In this document: positions 40,409 through 50,487 of the stretch, piece by piece
How positions within the stretch are numbered: position 1 is the first letter of the stretch
Layout of the letters: every line of letters begins with the position of its first letter
Assembly (NCBI GenBank): GCA_014654035.1
Contig: JACWDQ010000005.1
Span: forward strand, 2,343 to 66,342
Reading direction: 5' to 3'
Length of the DNA stretch: 64,000 nt
From: Pelagibacterales bacterium SAG-MED19
GTDB taxonomy: Bacteria; Pseudomonadota; Alphaproteobacteria; Pelagibacterales; Pelagibacteraceae
Program-made: the position numbers and the translations under genes
Notes under the pieces: generated by a model
What the model saw: the letters and a program-made list of their open reading frames with translations, nothing else
What the model was told of the DNA's origin: nothing
The model's database searches: none

Positions 40409-41308
40409 TTATGAATAATTTTTAATCCAATGTTTAGCTATATCAATCCTTTTACAAATCCATATATCTTCAAATTTTAGAACATAATCCAAAAATTTTT
40501 TCAATGACTGAATTCTTCCAGGTCTACCTATTAGTCTGCAATGTAATCCTACAGACATCATTTTAGGGGTTGTTTTTCCCTCTTCATATAAAGTATCAAA
40601 ACTGTCTTTTAGGTAATTGTAAAAATGATCACCTGTATTAAACCCTTGGTTAGTAGCAAATCTCATATCATTATTATCTAAAGTATAAGGAATGATAAGT
40701 TGTTTCTTTTTATCTCTGTATTCCCAATAGGGCAGATCATCACTATAACTATCACTATCATATAAAAAACCGCCATCATCAAAAACTAAATCTCTAGTGT
40801 TAGGGCTACATCGACCTGTATACCAACCCAAAGGTCTTGAGCCAAAAATATCTTTAATTGTTTTTATAGCTTGTTGCATATGTTTTTTTTCGACAGATTT
40901 TTTTACATCTTGGTAATCAATCCATCTATAACCATGAGCTGCTATTTCGTAGTCACCATTTTTTAGAGCGTCACATACTTCAAGGTTTTGTTTTAATGCA
41001 AGTCCTACTGCAAAGATTGTTACAGGAATTTTCTTTTCTTTAAATAAGCTATCTAGTCGCCAAAATCCAGCTCTGGATCCATATTCATAAATACTTTCCA
41101 TACTTACATGTCTTCCCTTAACAGCTTTGGCACCAATTATCTCAGATAAAAAAGTTTCAGAATATTTATCTCCATTTAAAATAGAATTTTCTCCACCTTC
41201 TTCATAGTTTAATACAAATTGCAGTGCTAATTTAGCATTATTAGGCCATGAAATTTTTTTTCCTTTTTGACCATAGCCTACGAGATCTCTTGAATTTTTT
41301 TTAATCAT
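40409..41308 (-). CDS. puuE: Allantoinase PuuE (polysaccharide deacetylase fold)
   Basis: RDLVGYG, LNYEEGGE, YEYGSRAG.WR, GWYTGR, GLHCRL.GRPGR; ATG at 41308 preferred over 41314. Confidence 0.92.
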   Translation of the reverse strand: MIKKNSRDLVGYGQKGKKISWPNNAKLALQFVLNYEEGGENSILNGDKYSETFLSEIIGAKAVKGRHVSMESIYEYGSRAGFWRLDSLFKEKKIPVTIFAVGLALKQNLEVCDALKNGDYEIAAHGYRWIDYQDVKKSVEKKHMQQAIKTIKDIFGSRPLGWYTGRCSPNTRDLVFDDGGFLYDSDSYSDDLPYWEYRDKKKQLIIPYTLDNNDMRFATNQGFNTGDHFYNYLKDSFDTLYEEGKTTPKMMSVGLHCRLIGRPGRIQSLKKFLDYVLKFEDIWICKRIDIAKHWIKNYS

Positions 41309-41346
41309 GTACAATTATAATTTAATTTAGATTTCTTAACAATTTA

Positions 41347-42537
41347 TTAATTTGAAATAGAAATAGACTTTATACCATTTAAAAAGTTTATGCATTTCTT
41401 TAATTCATTAAGTTCAATAAATTCATCTACTTTATGAGCCTGTTCTATAGATCCAGGTCCACATACAACAGTGCTAATACCTATCTCTTGAAATAAACCT
41501 GCCTCAGTTCCAAATGAAACAACTTCTCTTGAATTATCACCAGTTAAACTGGAAACTAATTCACATGCTTCAGATTTATTAACACGATCAAACCCTGTTA
41601 CTTCTCCAATAATTTCTTTTTTTATATTAGATTTTGAAAAAACTTTTTTCATTTCTGGTAAAAGAATTTCATTTGCATACTTATCGATTTCATTATTCAA
41701 AAATATTCCATCTTCTTTAATAACAGGTCTTGTTTCCCAATTGATATGACATTTATCAGCAATTACATTATGAGCTATTCCTCCAAAAATTCCTCCTACT
41801 TGTAAAGTTGAGAAAGGAGGATCAAAAATAGAGCCTTTAGGAGCTCTTTTTTTTAGTTCTTCTCTTAGTTCAATTAATTTATTTGCGTATCTAGCAGCAA
41901 ATTCTACTGCACTAACACCTTTATGTGGTGCTGAACTATGTCCAGCCAACCCTTCAAAATAAGTTGTATATTCATAACATCCTTTATGAGCATCGATAAT
42001 TTTCATTTTAGTTGGTTCTCCAATTATACAAATACCATCTTGAATATTTCTTTTTTTTAATTCCTCAATTAATATTGGAGCTCCTAAACATGCAGTTTCC
42101 TCATCAAAAGTAAAACAAAAATGAATATCTCTATTTAAATTTGTTTCAGCATAAATAGGAGCAAAAGCTAAAGTGCAAGCTATAAATCCTTTCATATCAC
42201 ACGAGCCTCTTCCATAAAGTTTATCTCCCTTAACAGTAGCTTGGAATGGATCTGTGCTCCAACTTTTTGAAACTGGTACAGTATCTGTATGCCCAGATAA
42301 AATTATTGGCTTTATTCCATTGGTTTTTTTTGCTTTAAGGGTAGCAAATAGATTGACTCTTTTTTTTTCTGAATCAAAAGTTTTAAAAGAGGTGGCTCCT
42401 AGCTTGTGAAGGTGGTCTTCACAATAATTAATCAAAGCACTATTATCTTCCCCTGAAATTGTTCTAAAACCTATTAGATCAGTTAAAATTTTTACTGAAT
42501 TATTATATAATTCCTCTAAATTAATTTCTGTACTCAT
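41347..42537 (-). CDS. argE: Acetylornithine deacetylase-like M20 amidohydrolase
   Basis: SGHTDTVP, GRGSCDMKG, DEE, GEPT, GTEAG, QAHKVDE. Confidence 0.85.
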   Translation of the reverse strand: MSTEINLEELYNNSVKILTDLIGFRTISGEDNSALINYCEDHLHKLGATSFKTFDSEKKRVNLFATLKAKKTNGIKPIILSGHTDTVPVSKSWSTDPFQATVKGDKLYGRGSCDMKGFIACTLAFAPIYAETNLNRDIHFCFTFDEETACLGAPILIEELKKRNIQDGICIIGEPTKMKIIDAHKGCYEYTTYFEGLAGHSSAPHKGVSAVEFAARYANKLIELREELKKRAPKGSIFDPPFSTLQVGGIFGGIAHNVIADKCHINWETRPVIKEDGIFLNNEIDKYANEILLPEMKKVFSKSNIKKEIIGEVTGFDRVNKSEACELVSSLTGDNSREVVSFGTEAGLFQEIGISTVVCGPGSIEQAHKVDEFIELNELKKCINFLNGIKSISISN

Positions 42538-42566
42538 AACTAATAATTAATATAAATACTGCATTT

Positions 42567-42908
42567 ATGAAAGAACAAATAACATATGACATTTTTGAAA
42601 AAGTTGACATTAGAGTAGGCACTGTAATATCAGTTAAAAAAAATGAAAAAGCTAGAAAACCGTCACTAGTTGTAGAGGTAGATTTTGGTGGGGAAATAGG
42701 GATCAAGCAATCTTCAGCTCAAATTACTCATTATTATAATGAAGAGAATTTAAAAGGGAAACAGGTAATAGGTGTGTGTAATTTTGCTGAAAAAAACATT
42801 GCTGGGGTTGTTTCTCAGGTTTTAATTTTAGGCTCTATTGATAAAGAAGGTAAAGTAATTTTAGTTCATCCATCTCAAAAATCAGAAAATGGATTGCCAA
42901 TAGCCTAA
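42567..42908 (+). CDS. csaA: CsaA / Trbp111 tRNA-binding OB-fold protein
   Basis: VDIRVGT, DFG...G.KQSSAQIT, NF. Confidence 0.88.
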   Translation: MKEQITYDIFEKVDIRVGTVISVKKNEKARKPSLVVEVDFGGEIGIKQSSAQITHYYNEENLKGKQVIGVCNFAEKNIAGVVSQVLILGSIDKEGKVILVHPSQKSENGLPIA

Positions 42909-42910
42909 TT

Positions 42911-43501
42911 ATGCATCCTGAAATATTATCAATAGCTTTATTCTGGTTTGTAACAGCTTATACACCAGGACCAAATAATGTTGTTGCTTCTTATTCAGGT
43001 TTTAATTTTGGAATTACAAAAACTATTCCACATATTCTTGGTGTAACATTAGGCTTTACTTCATTAGTTATTTTTTTGACTATTGGTTTAATCAATGTAT
43101 TTAAATTATTCCCAATTATACAAGTAATAATAAAATACCTAGGAACTTTGTTTCTAATATATTTAGCTTATAAAATTGCTTCATCTACAAACTCAGATGA
43201 GACTAAAAAAGAAAATCCAGTTAAATTCATAGAAACTTTTCTTTTTCAATATTTAAACCCTAAAGGTGTGATGGTTGCTATAATAGTAGTTTCTACTTAT
43301 GTGGAACTAGGAGAAAATTATATTAATTATGCGACTCAAGTAGTTTTCCTTGCTTTCTTGTTTTCATCAACAAGTATTACTTTATGGACCTTTATAGGTA
43401 AATTTTTAAGGAAATTTGCGACAAATGATAAATTTATTAAGTACTTTAATTATGCTATGTCAGGGCTTCTTCTTTTGAGCATAATTACATTTTATATATA
43501 A
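42911..43501 (+). CDS. LysE/RhtB family exporter
   Basis: TPGPNN, FQYLNPK; multi-TM. Confidence 0.88.
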   Translation: MHPEILSIALFWFVTAYTPGPNNVVASYSGFNFGITKTIPHILGVTLGFTSLVIFLTIGLINVFKLFPIIQVIIKYLGTLFLIYLAYKIASSTNSDETKKENPVKFIETFLFQYLNPKGVMVAIIVVSTYVELGENYINYATQVVFLAFLFSSTSITLWTFIGKFLRKFATNDKFIKYFNYAMSGLLLLSIITFYI

Positions 43502-43504
43502 ACT

Positions 43505-46174
43505 ATGAAACCAGGAACAAAAAATTCATACAATTCTCTGACAGATCTTAAAATTGATAATAGAAATTTCAAGATTTACTCTTTGTCTAAAGCAGAGTCT
43601 AATGGTTTAACAGGTATTTCAAAATTACCAAAATCATTAAAAGTTCTTCTCGAGAATCTTCTTAGATATGAAGATGACTTATCAGTCACCAAAGATCAAA
43701 TTGATTCAATAAAAAATTGGCTTAAAAGTAAAAAATCTAAAACAGAAATTGCTTATAGACCTGCAAGAGTTTTGTTGCAAGATTATACAGGAATACCTGC
43801 GGTAGCTGATTTAGCTGCAATGCGAGAAGCTGTAAAAGAAAAAAATAAGGATCCAAATACAATCAACCCTTTATCTGCAGTAGATTTAGTTATTGATCAT
43901 TCAGTTCAAGTGGATCAATCCTCTAAATCAGATTCTTTTGATAAAAATGTTGAAATTGAATTTAACAGAAATGGTGAAAGATATTCTTTTTTAAAATGGG
44001 GACAACAAGCTTTTGACAATTTTAGAATTGTCCCTCCAGGTACAGGAATATGTCACCAAGTAAATCTTGAATATTTATCTAAGGTTGTGTGGAGTGAAGA
44101 ATATAGAGGTGAAAAATACCTTTTCCCAGATACCTTAGTTGGTACAGATAGTCATACAACTATGGTTAATGGTTTGTCAGTTTTAGGATGGGGAGTTGGA
44201 GGAATAGAAGCAGAAGCTGGCATGTTAGGACAACCAATATCAATGTTGATCCCAGAAGTAGTTGGATTTGAAGTAAAAAATAAAATGCCTGAAGGTACGA
44301 CAGCAACTGATTTAGTTTTAACAGTTGTAAAAATGTTAAGAGATAAAGGTGTGGTTGGAAAATTTGTTGAGTTTTATGGAGAGGGATTAAAAAATTTAAC
44401 TTTGGCAGATCGTGCAACTATAGCAAACATGGCACCAGAATATGGAGCAACATGCGGTTTTTTTCCAATTGATAATGAGACATTGAAATATTTAAAATTT
44501 TCAGGAAGAGACAATTTAACAATAAAAATTGTTGAAGAATACGCAAAAGTCCAAGGGTTATGGGCAAGCGATGAAATTGAATTTACTGATAAATTAACTT
44601 TAGATATGTCAACTATAGTGCCTACAATTTCAGGACCAAAGAGACCACAAGATAAAGTCTTGTTATCTGATGCCTCTCAAAAATTCAAAAAAAGTTTTTT
44701 TGAAATTACTAATAAAAAAGATTTTTCAACCTCTAAAGTTCCAAATACTGATTATGATATAAAAGATGGTTCAATTTTAATTGCAGCAATAACCTCTTGT
44801 ACGAATACTTCTAACCCCAACGTACTTATTGGAGCAGGATTACTTGCAAAAAAAGCAGTAGAATTAGGCTTAGAAGTTAAACCTTGGGTTAAGACTTCAT
44901 TAGCCCCAGGCTCACAAGTTGTCACTGATTATTTGGAAAAAGCAGGACTCAATACTTATCTTGATAAACTTGGATTTAATCTCGTTGGTTATGGCTGCAC
45001 AACATGCATTGGAAATTCTGGACCTTTAGCTGAAAATATTGTTACAGCCATTCAAAATGAAAATATTTATGCTGTGTCGGTTTTATCAGGAAATAGAAAT
45101 TTTGAAGGAAGAATATCTCCACATATCAAAGCTAATTATTTAGCTTCACCACCATTAGTTGTTGCTTATGCTTTAGCCGGGCATATGGGTTTTGACTTAT
45201 ATAAAGATGCTTTTGGAAAAGATAAAAATGGAAATGAAATCTTTATGAAAGATATTTGGCCATCAAATAAAGAGATAGAAGAAACCTTAAAAATATCTTT
45301 AAGCGCAGATATGTTTGTTAAAAGATATTCAAATGTATCTGAAGGGCCAAAACAATGGCAAAAAATTAAGACTGAAAAAACTAGTATTTATAATTGGGAA
45401 GAAAATTCTACATATGTGAAAAAACCTCCTTTTTTTGAAAATTTACCAGATAAGCCTGAAGGTTTCAAAAGAATCAAAGACGCGAGACCACTCCTGATTT
45501 TGGGAGATATGGTAACAACTGATCACATTTCTCCAGCTGGAAATATTCAAAAAGAAAGTCCAACAGGTGAATATTTTATGAAGCATCAAATTTTACCTAA
45601 AGATTACAATTCATATGGCTCAAGAAGAGGTAATCATGAGGTGATGATGAGAGGTACATTTGCAAATATAAGAATAAGAAATGAAATGGCGCCAGGAACA
45701 GAGGGTGGTTTTACAAAATTATATCCAGAAGAAAAAATTATGCCAATTTATGATGCTGTTGTTGAGTATAAAAAAAGAGGAACAGATTTAGTAGTTATAG
45801 GCGGTAAAGAATATGGGACTGGATCTTCAAGAGATTGGGCCGCTAAAGGAACAAAGTTATTAGGTGTAAAAGCTGTCATAGCTGAAAGTTTTGAGAGAAT
45901 TCATAGATCAAATTTAATTGGTATGGGAATCTTACCTTTACAGTTTATCAATAATATTGATAGAAAAAAATTGAATTTAAAAGGCTCGGAACTAATAAGT
46001 GTCATTGAAATTGAAAAAGGAATAAACCCATCAGAAAAAGTTAATCTTGAAATTAAGTATTTATCTGGTGAGATTAAAAGAATAGAAACATTGTGCAGGA
46101 TAGATACTAAAAATGAATTAGAGTATTATAAAAATGGTGGAATACTTCAGTATGTTCTTAGAAATATGATTTGA
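43505..46174 (+). CDS. acnA: Aconitate hydratase A
   Basis: LQDYTG, GTDSHT, ITSCTNTSNP, GCTTCIGNSG, GSSRDWAAKG. Confidence 0.98.
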   Translation: MKPGTKNSYNSLTDLKIDNRNFKIYSLSKAESNGLTGISKLPKSLKVLLENLLRYEDDLSVTKDQIDSIKNWLKSKKSKTEIAYRPARVLLQDYTGIPAVADLAAMREAVKEKNKDPNTINPLSAVDLVIDHSVQVDQSSKSDSFDKNVEIEFNRNGERYSFLKWGQQAFDNFRIVPPGTGICHQVNLEYLSKVVWSEEYRGEKYLFPDTLVGTDSHTTMVNGLSVLGWGVGGIEAEAGMLGQPISMLIPEVVGFEVKNKMPEGTTATDLVLTVVKMLRDKGVVGKFVEFYGEGLKNLTLADRATIANMAPEYGATCGFFPIDNETLKYLKFSGRDNLTIKIVEEYAKVQGLWASDEIEFTDKLTLDMSTIVPTISGPKRPQDKVLLSDASQKFKKSFFEITNKKDFSTSKVPNTDYDIKDGSILIAAITSCTNTSNPNVLIGAGLLAKKAVELGLEVKPWVKTSLAPGSQVVTDYLEKAGLNTYLDKLGFNLVGYGCTTCIGNSGPLAENIVTAIQNENIYAVSVLSGNRNFEGRISPHIKANYLASPPLVVAYALAGHMGFDLYKDAFGKDKNGNEIFMKDIWPSNKEIEETLKISLSADMFVKRYSNVSEGPKQWQKIKTEKTSIYNWEENSTYVKKPPFFENLPDKPEGFKRIKDARPLLILGDMVTTDHISPAGNIQKESPTGEYFMKHQILPKDYNSYGSRRGNHEVMMRGTFANIRIRNEMAPGTEGGFTKLYPEEKIMPIYDAVVEYKKRGTDLVVIGGKEYGTGSSRDWAAKGTKLLGVKAVIAESFERIHRSNLIGMGILPLQFINNIDRKKLNLKGSELISVIEIEKGINPSEKVNLEIKYLSGEIKRIETLCRIDTKNELEYYKNGGILQYVLRNMI

Positions 46175-46176
46175 TT

Positions 46177-46821
46177 ATGGATGAAGAAATTACAATAATT
46201 AATGAAAAAACTAGAAATGAAAAAATAAAAAGTTTTTTTGTAGAAAATAAAAAAAAGCTTACATTTTCAATTATATTTTTAGTGCTCTTAACTTTAGTTT
46301 TTTATTCTTATAAACTTTATGAGGATAAACAGAGACAATCTATTTCTAATGGATATAACTCCGCAGTAATAGAGTATGAAAATGGTGATAAAAGTAAAAT
46401 TGTGTCAAAACTTGAAGAGGTAATAAAAGACAAAGATACCACTTATTCACCTTTAGCATTATATTACTTAATAGATAATAATTTGATTGAAAATACAGAT
46501 CAAGTAAATGAATTTTTTGATATTTTAATAGATAAAACTAATTTAGAGTCTGAAATTAAAAATCTTATAATCTATAAAAAAGCGCTTTATAATGCTGATT
46601 TTGTAAGTGAAAGCGAATTGTTAAATATTTTAAATCCAATTATAAATTCTAACAGTATATGGAAGTCTCATGCTTTATATTTAATAGCAGAGTATTTTTA
46701 TTCAAAAAATGAAAAAAAAAAATCAAAGGAATTTTTTAGTCAAATTCTAAGTATAGAAAATGCTAATCGTGATATCATTAGAGATACACAAAAAAGACTC
46801 AATAGAGATTTAAGTGAATAA
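46177..46821 (+). CDS. YfgM-like membrane-anchored TPR protein
   Basis: Single N-terminal TM, helical repeats, position upstream of bamB-like gene. Confidence 0.65.
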   Translation: MDEEITIINEKTRNEKIKSFFVENKKKLTFSIIFLVLLTLVFYSYKLYEDKQRQSISNGYNSAVIEYENGDKSKIVSKLEEVIKDKDTTYSPLALYYLIDNNLIENTDQVNEFFDILIDKTNLESEIKNLIIYKKALYNADFVSESELLNILNPIINSNSIWKSHALYLIAEYFYSKNEKKKSKEFFSQILSIENANRDIIRDTQKRLNRDLSE

Positions 46822-48118
46822 ATTAATAAATTTATTAATAATTTCATTTTTAATTCAAGGATGTTCTTTAAATAAAAATTCAAAATTTTGGACAACTTCT
46901 AAAATTGTAGAGGAAAATAATGAAGTTATTTATACAGACGTATTTCCAAAAGAAGAAGCTTTAAAAAAAGAATTTAATTCAAATCTGAAGATTAAATTAA
47001 CTACTAAACCTGAGAATAGTACGTTAGTAAATAATTACTTTAATAACAACAAAAGACTAAATTTTAATGGTACTTTAAAAAAATTATCCCAATTTAAATT
47101 TTCTAAAATAGAAAATTTTAATCAATATCAACCAGAAATTTCTTTTTTCAAAAAAAATATTATTTTTTTTGATAATAAAGGTTCAATTTTTAAATTTAAT
47201 GATGAGTCAAAATTAGTATGGAAAAAAAACTATTATTCGAAACTTGAAAAAAAACAAAAACCAATTCTGCAATTAGTTAATAATGGAAAGTATTTAATTG
47301 TTGCAGATAATATTGCAAAATATTATATGCTTGATATTAAAACTGGAGATTTGATTTGGACAAAGGATAACTTAGCACCATTTAATTCTCAAATTAAAAT
47401 ACATAAAGATAAATTTTTTATAATTGATTTTTCAAATACACTTAGATGTTTTTCTATAAAAGATGGTAATGAACTATGGAATGTAAAAACAGAAAATTCA
47501 TTAATTAGATCACAAAAAAAACTTTCAATAGTAATAGTAAATAATGTACTTTATTTTAATAACTCTATTGGTGATATTAGTGCTGTAGATATAAGTAAAG
47601 GTAAATTATTGTGGCAATTACCAACTCAAAGTAGTCGAATTTATGAGTCAGCTTTTTCTTTACAAGCATCAGATATTATTACAGACAAACAAAATTTATT
47701 TATCTCTAACAATAAAAATCAACTTTTTTCAATTGATATTAAAACTGGAAGTTTTAATTGGGAAAATAAAGTAAATTCAAATCTAAGATCTACAATTGTA
47801 GGAAATTATTTATTTTCAGTTTCTTTAGAGGGATATTTAATTATTATTGAAAAAAAATCTGGAAATATCGTAAGAGTTACTGATGCATTTAAGAATTTTA
47901 AAGTTAAAAAAAGACCAAAAATTAAACCTACTGGTTTTGTCGTTGGATTAAGAAATGTTTATCTTTCTACATCAAATGGTAGATTATTAGTGATTGAAAT
48001 AGAGTCTGGAAAAATTATTTCTACTTTAAAAATTGATAATGACAAAATTTCCAAACCCTTTGTTCAAAATAAAAATTTATTTTTAATTAGAGATAATGCT
48101 ATAATTAAACTGAACTAA
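46814..48118 (+). CDS. bamB: PQQ-like beta-propeller lipoprotein, BamB-like
   Basis: Lipobox IQGC; repeated D..TG...W blades. Confidence 0.7.
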   Translation: MNKLINLLIISFLIQGCSLNKNSKFWTTSKIVEENNEVIYTDVFPKEEALKKEFNSNLKIKLTTKPENSTLVNNYFNNNKRLNFNGTLKKLSQFKFSKIENFNQYQPEISFFKKNIIFFDNKGSIFKFNDESKLVWKKNYYSKLEKKQKPILQLVNNGKYLIVADNIAKYYMLDIKTGDLIWTKDNLAPFNSQIKIHKDKFFIIDFSNTLRCFSIKDGNELWNVKTENSLIRSQKKLSIVIVNNVLYFNNSIGDISAVDISKGKLLWQLPTQSSRIYESAFSLQASDIITDKQNLFISNNKNQLFSIDIKTGSFNWENKVNSNLRSTIVGNYLFSVSLEGYLIIIEKKSGNIVRVTDAFKNFKVKKRPKIKPTGFVVGLRNVYLSTSNGRLLVIEIESGKIISTLKIDNDKISKPFVQNKNLFLIRDNAIIKLN

Positions 48119-48543
48119 TGTTTTTAAAATTTCTGGAAAGAGTTGGACGTAAGAAAGTTGTTCTTGACAGAGGTCCATCTCATCCAAGATATAATGAAGC
48201 TAAACCTTGGATGAACAGATATTATGTTCTCTTTAGAAATCGACCAAGATGGTTTCCATTTAATGTATTGATCCATGAGATGTTAGCAGATGATCATGGA
48301 GAAGGTGTTCACAATCATTTATGCCCTTACATTACAATAATTTTAAGAGGAGGCTATTGGGAAACAAGAAAAAATGGAAAATTTTGGAGAAAACCTGGAT
48401 ACATAGGTTTTCGTTCAGCAAATGATTACCATAGAGTTGATTTAAAAAAAGGGACAAAACCAATGACTATTTTTATTCCAGGACCTTTTGGATTGAGAGT
48501 AGGACCAAGATCAGAGTATGGAATAGATTTTAAAAAAAAATGA
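48118..48543 (+). CDS. Cupin-fold hypothetical protein
   Basis: HNH...IILRGGYWE and YHRVDL...TIF metal-binding cupin pattern. Confidence 0.6.
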   Translation: MFLKFLERVGRKKVVLDRGPSHPRYNEAKPWMNRYYVLFRNRPRWFPFNVLIHEMLADDHGEGVHNHLCPYITIILRGGYWETRKNGKFWRKPGYIGFRSANDYHRVDLKKGTKPMTIFIPGPFGLRVGPRSEYGIDFKKK

Positions 48544-49586
48544 ATTTAAATAAATTATTTATAAAGCATTGTGAGAAAAATAAATATGAAATTAATCAAA
48601 ATCAATTAGACATAATAAAAGATCTAAAAGATTTTTATAATGATAATTTTAATCAGTCCTTTCTTAATAAAATTTTTAAAAAAAAAAATAGCAAGTTGGG
48701 ATTTTATCTGGTTGGTGATGTGGGGGTTGGTAAAACAATGATTTTAAATTTTTTCTTTAAAGAAATAAGCGAAAGAAAGCTTAGGCTACATTTTAACGAA
48801 TTCATGATTGAATTTCATAATTTTGTTTTTGAAAACAAAAATAAAGAAAAAGGTATAGAATTATTTGTAGAAAACCTAAAAAAGAGAGTACAATTAATTT
48901 ATTTTGATGAATTCCAAGTTACTAATATTGTTGATGCTATGATTTTAGGCAAATTGTTTAAGAAAATATTTGAAGAAAAAATTAATGTCATTTTCTCATC
49001 AAATATCAATATTAATGATCTTTATAAAGATGGATTACAAAGAGATCAATTTATTCCATTTATTAAAGTATTGGAAAATAACTCCCTAGAGAAAGAGTTA
49101 TTGATTGAAGAAGATTATCGTTCAAGTAAAAATAATAGTCTAGATAGATTTTTGTTTCCAATAAATCAATCAACTAACTTCAAATTTAATAAATTTTTTA
49201 GAAAAATAACAAAGAATAAAGTTAAGACTCAAAAGATTTTAGAAATTAAGGGACGTAAACTAAAAATAGAAAATTTTTATGACAAAGTAATTAAATTTGA
49301 TTTTAATGAATTGTGTAATAAATATTTAGGATCTGAGGATTACATAAGTATTGCTAATACTTGTGATTTTATTTTTATTGAAAACTTACCTGATTTTAAC
49401 GAAGATAATTCAAATCAACAACAAAGATTTATAACTTTAATAGACATAATTTATGAAAAAAAGATACCCTTAATGATTACTTCTAAATTAAATTTAGAGT
49501 CAATTAATTCATCTAAAAGTATGAAAGAACCATTTAAAAGAACTATTAGCCGATTATACGAATTAACTTCAATAAATTTTAATTAA
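48540..49586 (+). CDS. zapE: Cell division ATPase ZapE (AFG1 family)
   Basis: GDVGVGKT, LHFNEFM, FDEFQV, LYKDGLQR, RFITLID, RTISRL. Confidence 0.9.
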   Translation: MNLNKLFIKHCEKNKYEINQNQLDIIKDLKDFYNDNFNQSFLNKIFKKKNSKLGFYLVGDVGVGKTMILNFFFKEISERKLRLHFNEFMIEFHNFVFENKNKEKGIELFVENLKKRVQLIYFDEFQVTNIVDAMILGKLFKKIFEEKINVIFSSNININDLYKDGLQRDQFIPFIKVLENNSLEKELLIEEDYRSSKNNSLDRFLFPINQSTNFKFNKFFRKITKNKVKTQKILEIKGRKLKIENFYDKVIKFDFNELCNKYLGSEDYISIANTCDFIFIENLPDFNEDNSNQQQRFITLIDIIYEKKIPLMITSKLNLESINSSKSMKEPFKRTISRLYELTSINFN

Positions 49587-49589
49587 CTT

Positions 49590-50009
49590 ATGAGACAAGA
49601 ATTTTTTAATTTTGAAATGAATACAAATGGTCAAAAACTGTATGAGTTTACAGAACAAATAAACGATTGGGTAAAAAAAAATAATTTTAAAAATGGTATT
49701 TTAAATTTAAACATTCAACATACTAGTGCTTCATTAATTATTCAGGAAAATGCTGATCCTGACGTACAAACTGATTTAATAAACTACTTTAATAAATTAG
49801 CTCCAATGGATAATTCTCTTTATACTCATACTACAGAGGGAAAAGATGATATGCCGGCTCATATAAAATCATCGCTAACTAATAATCAAATAACTTTAAG
49901 TGTTAAAAAAGGAATGCTCGTACTTGGAACTTGGCAAGGTTTGTATCTTTTTGAACATCGATTAGCTAATCAATCAAGAAAAATTATGTTTCATTTCTTA
50001 GGTGACTAA
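49590..50009 (+). CDS. yjbQ: YjbQ/UPF0047 family protein
   Basis: HTSASL..QENADPDV, AHIKS, LGTWQG. Confidence 0.9.
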   Translation: MRQEFFNFEMNTNGQKLYEFTEQINDWVKKNNFKNGILNLNIQHTSASLIIQENADPDVQTDLINYFNKLAPMDNSLYTHTTEGKDDMPAHIKSSLTNNQITLSVKKGMLVLGTWQGLYLFEHRLANQSRKIMFHFLGD

Positions 50010-50015
50010 TACTTT

Positions 50016-50477
50016 TTATCTATAGGGATTATAGGCCCATTGTAAAATGGCTTGTCTTTGTCTTCTTCTACACCCAAGATCACCCTTTTCACAATTTTTT
50101 TCAATTGCCAATACGTGTCTTCTAAAATTTTTCCATCTCTTAATTTGTATCTCATCAATATGAGAAATTCTTCTTCCATTTGTAAATCTGCAATACCACT
50201 GAAACCATCCAAGTGGATCTTCCTTAAAAATCCAACCTTTTTCGATCCAATGTTCTCTCGATAGTCCTGATACAATTTTGAATCTATTTAAATTTACATC
50301 AAAAGTTTTACTTAATTTAACATTTTTGAACCAAGCTTTTGGATATTCTTTAATATCTAAACCAAAATATGCACCACCAAAAACACCTAATTCCATCATT
50401 CTTTTCGGAGTTAATTCTGGTTTAAAAATTTTATAAAAATCTAATTTTTCAGTTTTCTTTTTAAGAGTTTTTTTCAT
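50016..50477 (-). CDS. Conserved hypothetical protein
   Basis: Motif-rich: PELTP..MMELGVFGG.Y, DPLGWFQWYCRF..GRR, QIKRW, RQRQAILQWAY. Confidence 0.75.
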   Translation of the reverse strand: MKKTLKKKTEKLDFYKIFKPELTPKRMMELGVFGGAYFGLDIKEYPKAWFKNVKLSKTFDVNLNRFKIVSGLSREHWIEKGWIFKEDPLGWFQWYCRFTNGRRISHIDEIQIKRWKNFRRHVLAIEKNCEKGDLGCRRRQRQAILQWAYNPYR

Positions 50478-50487
50478 TTGATTATTT

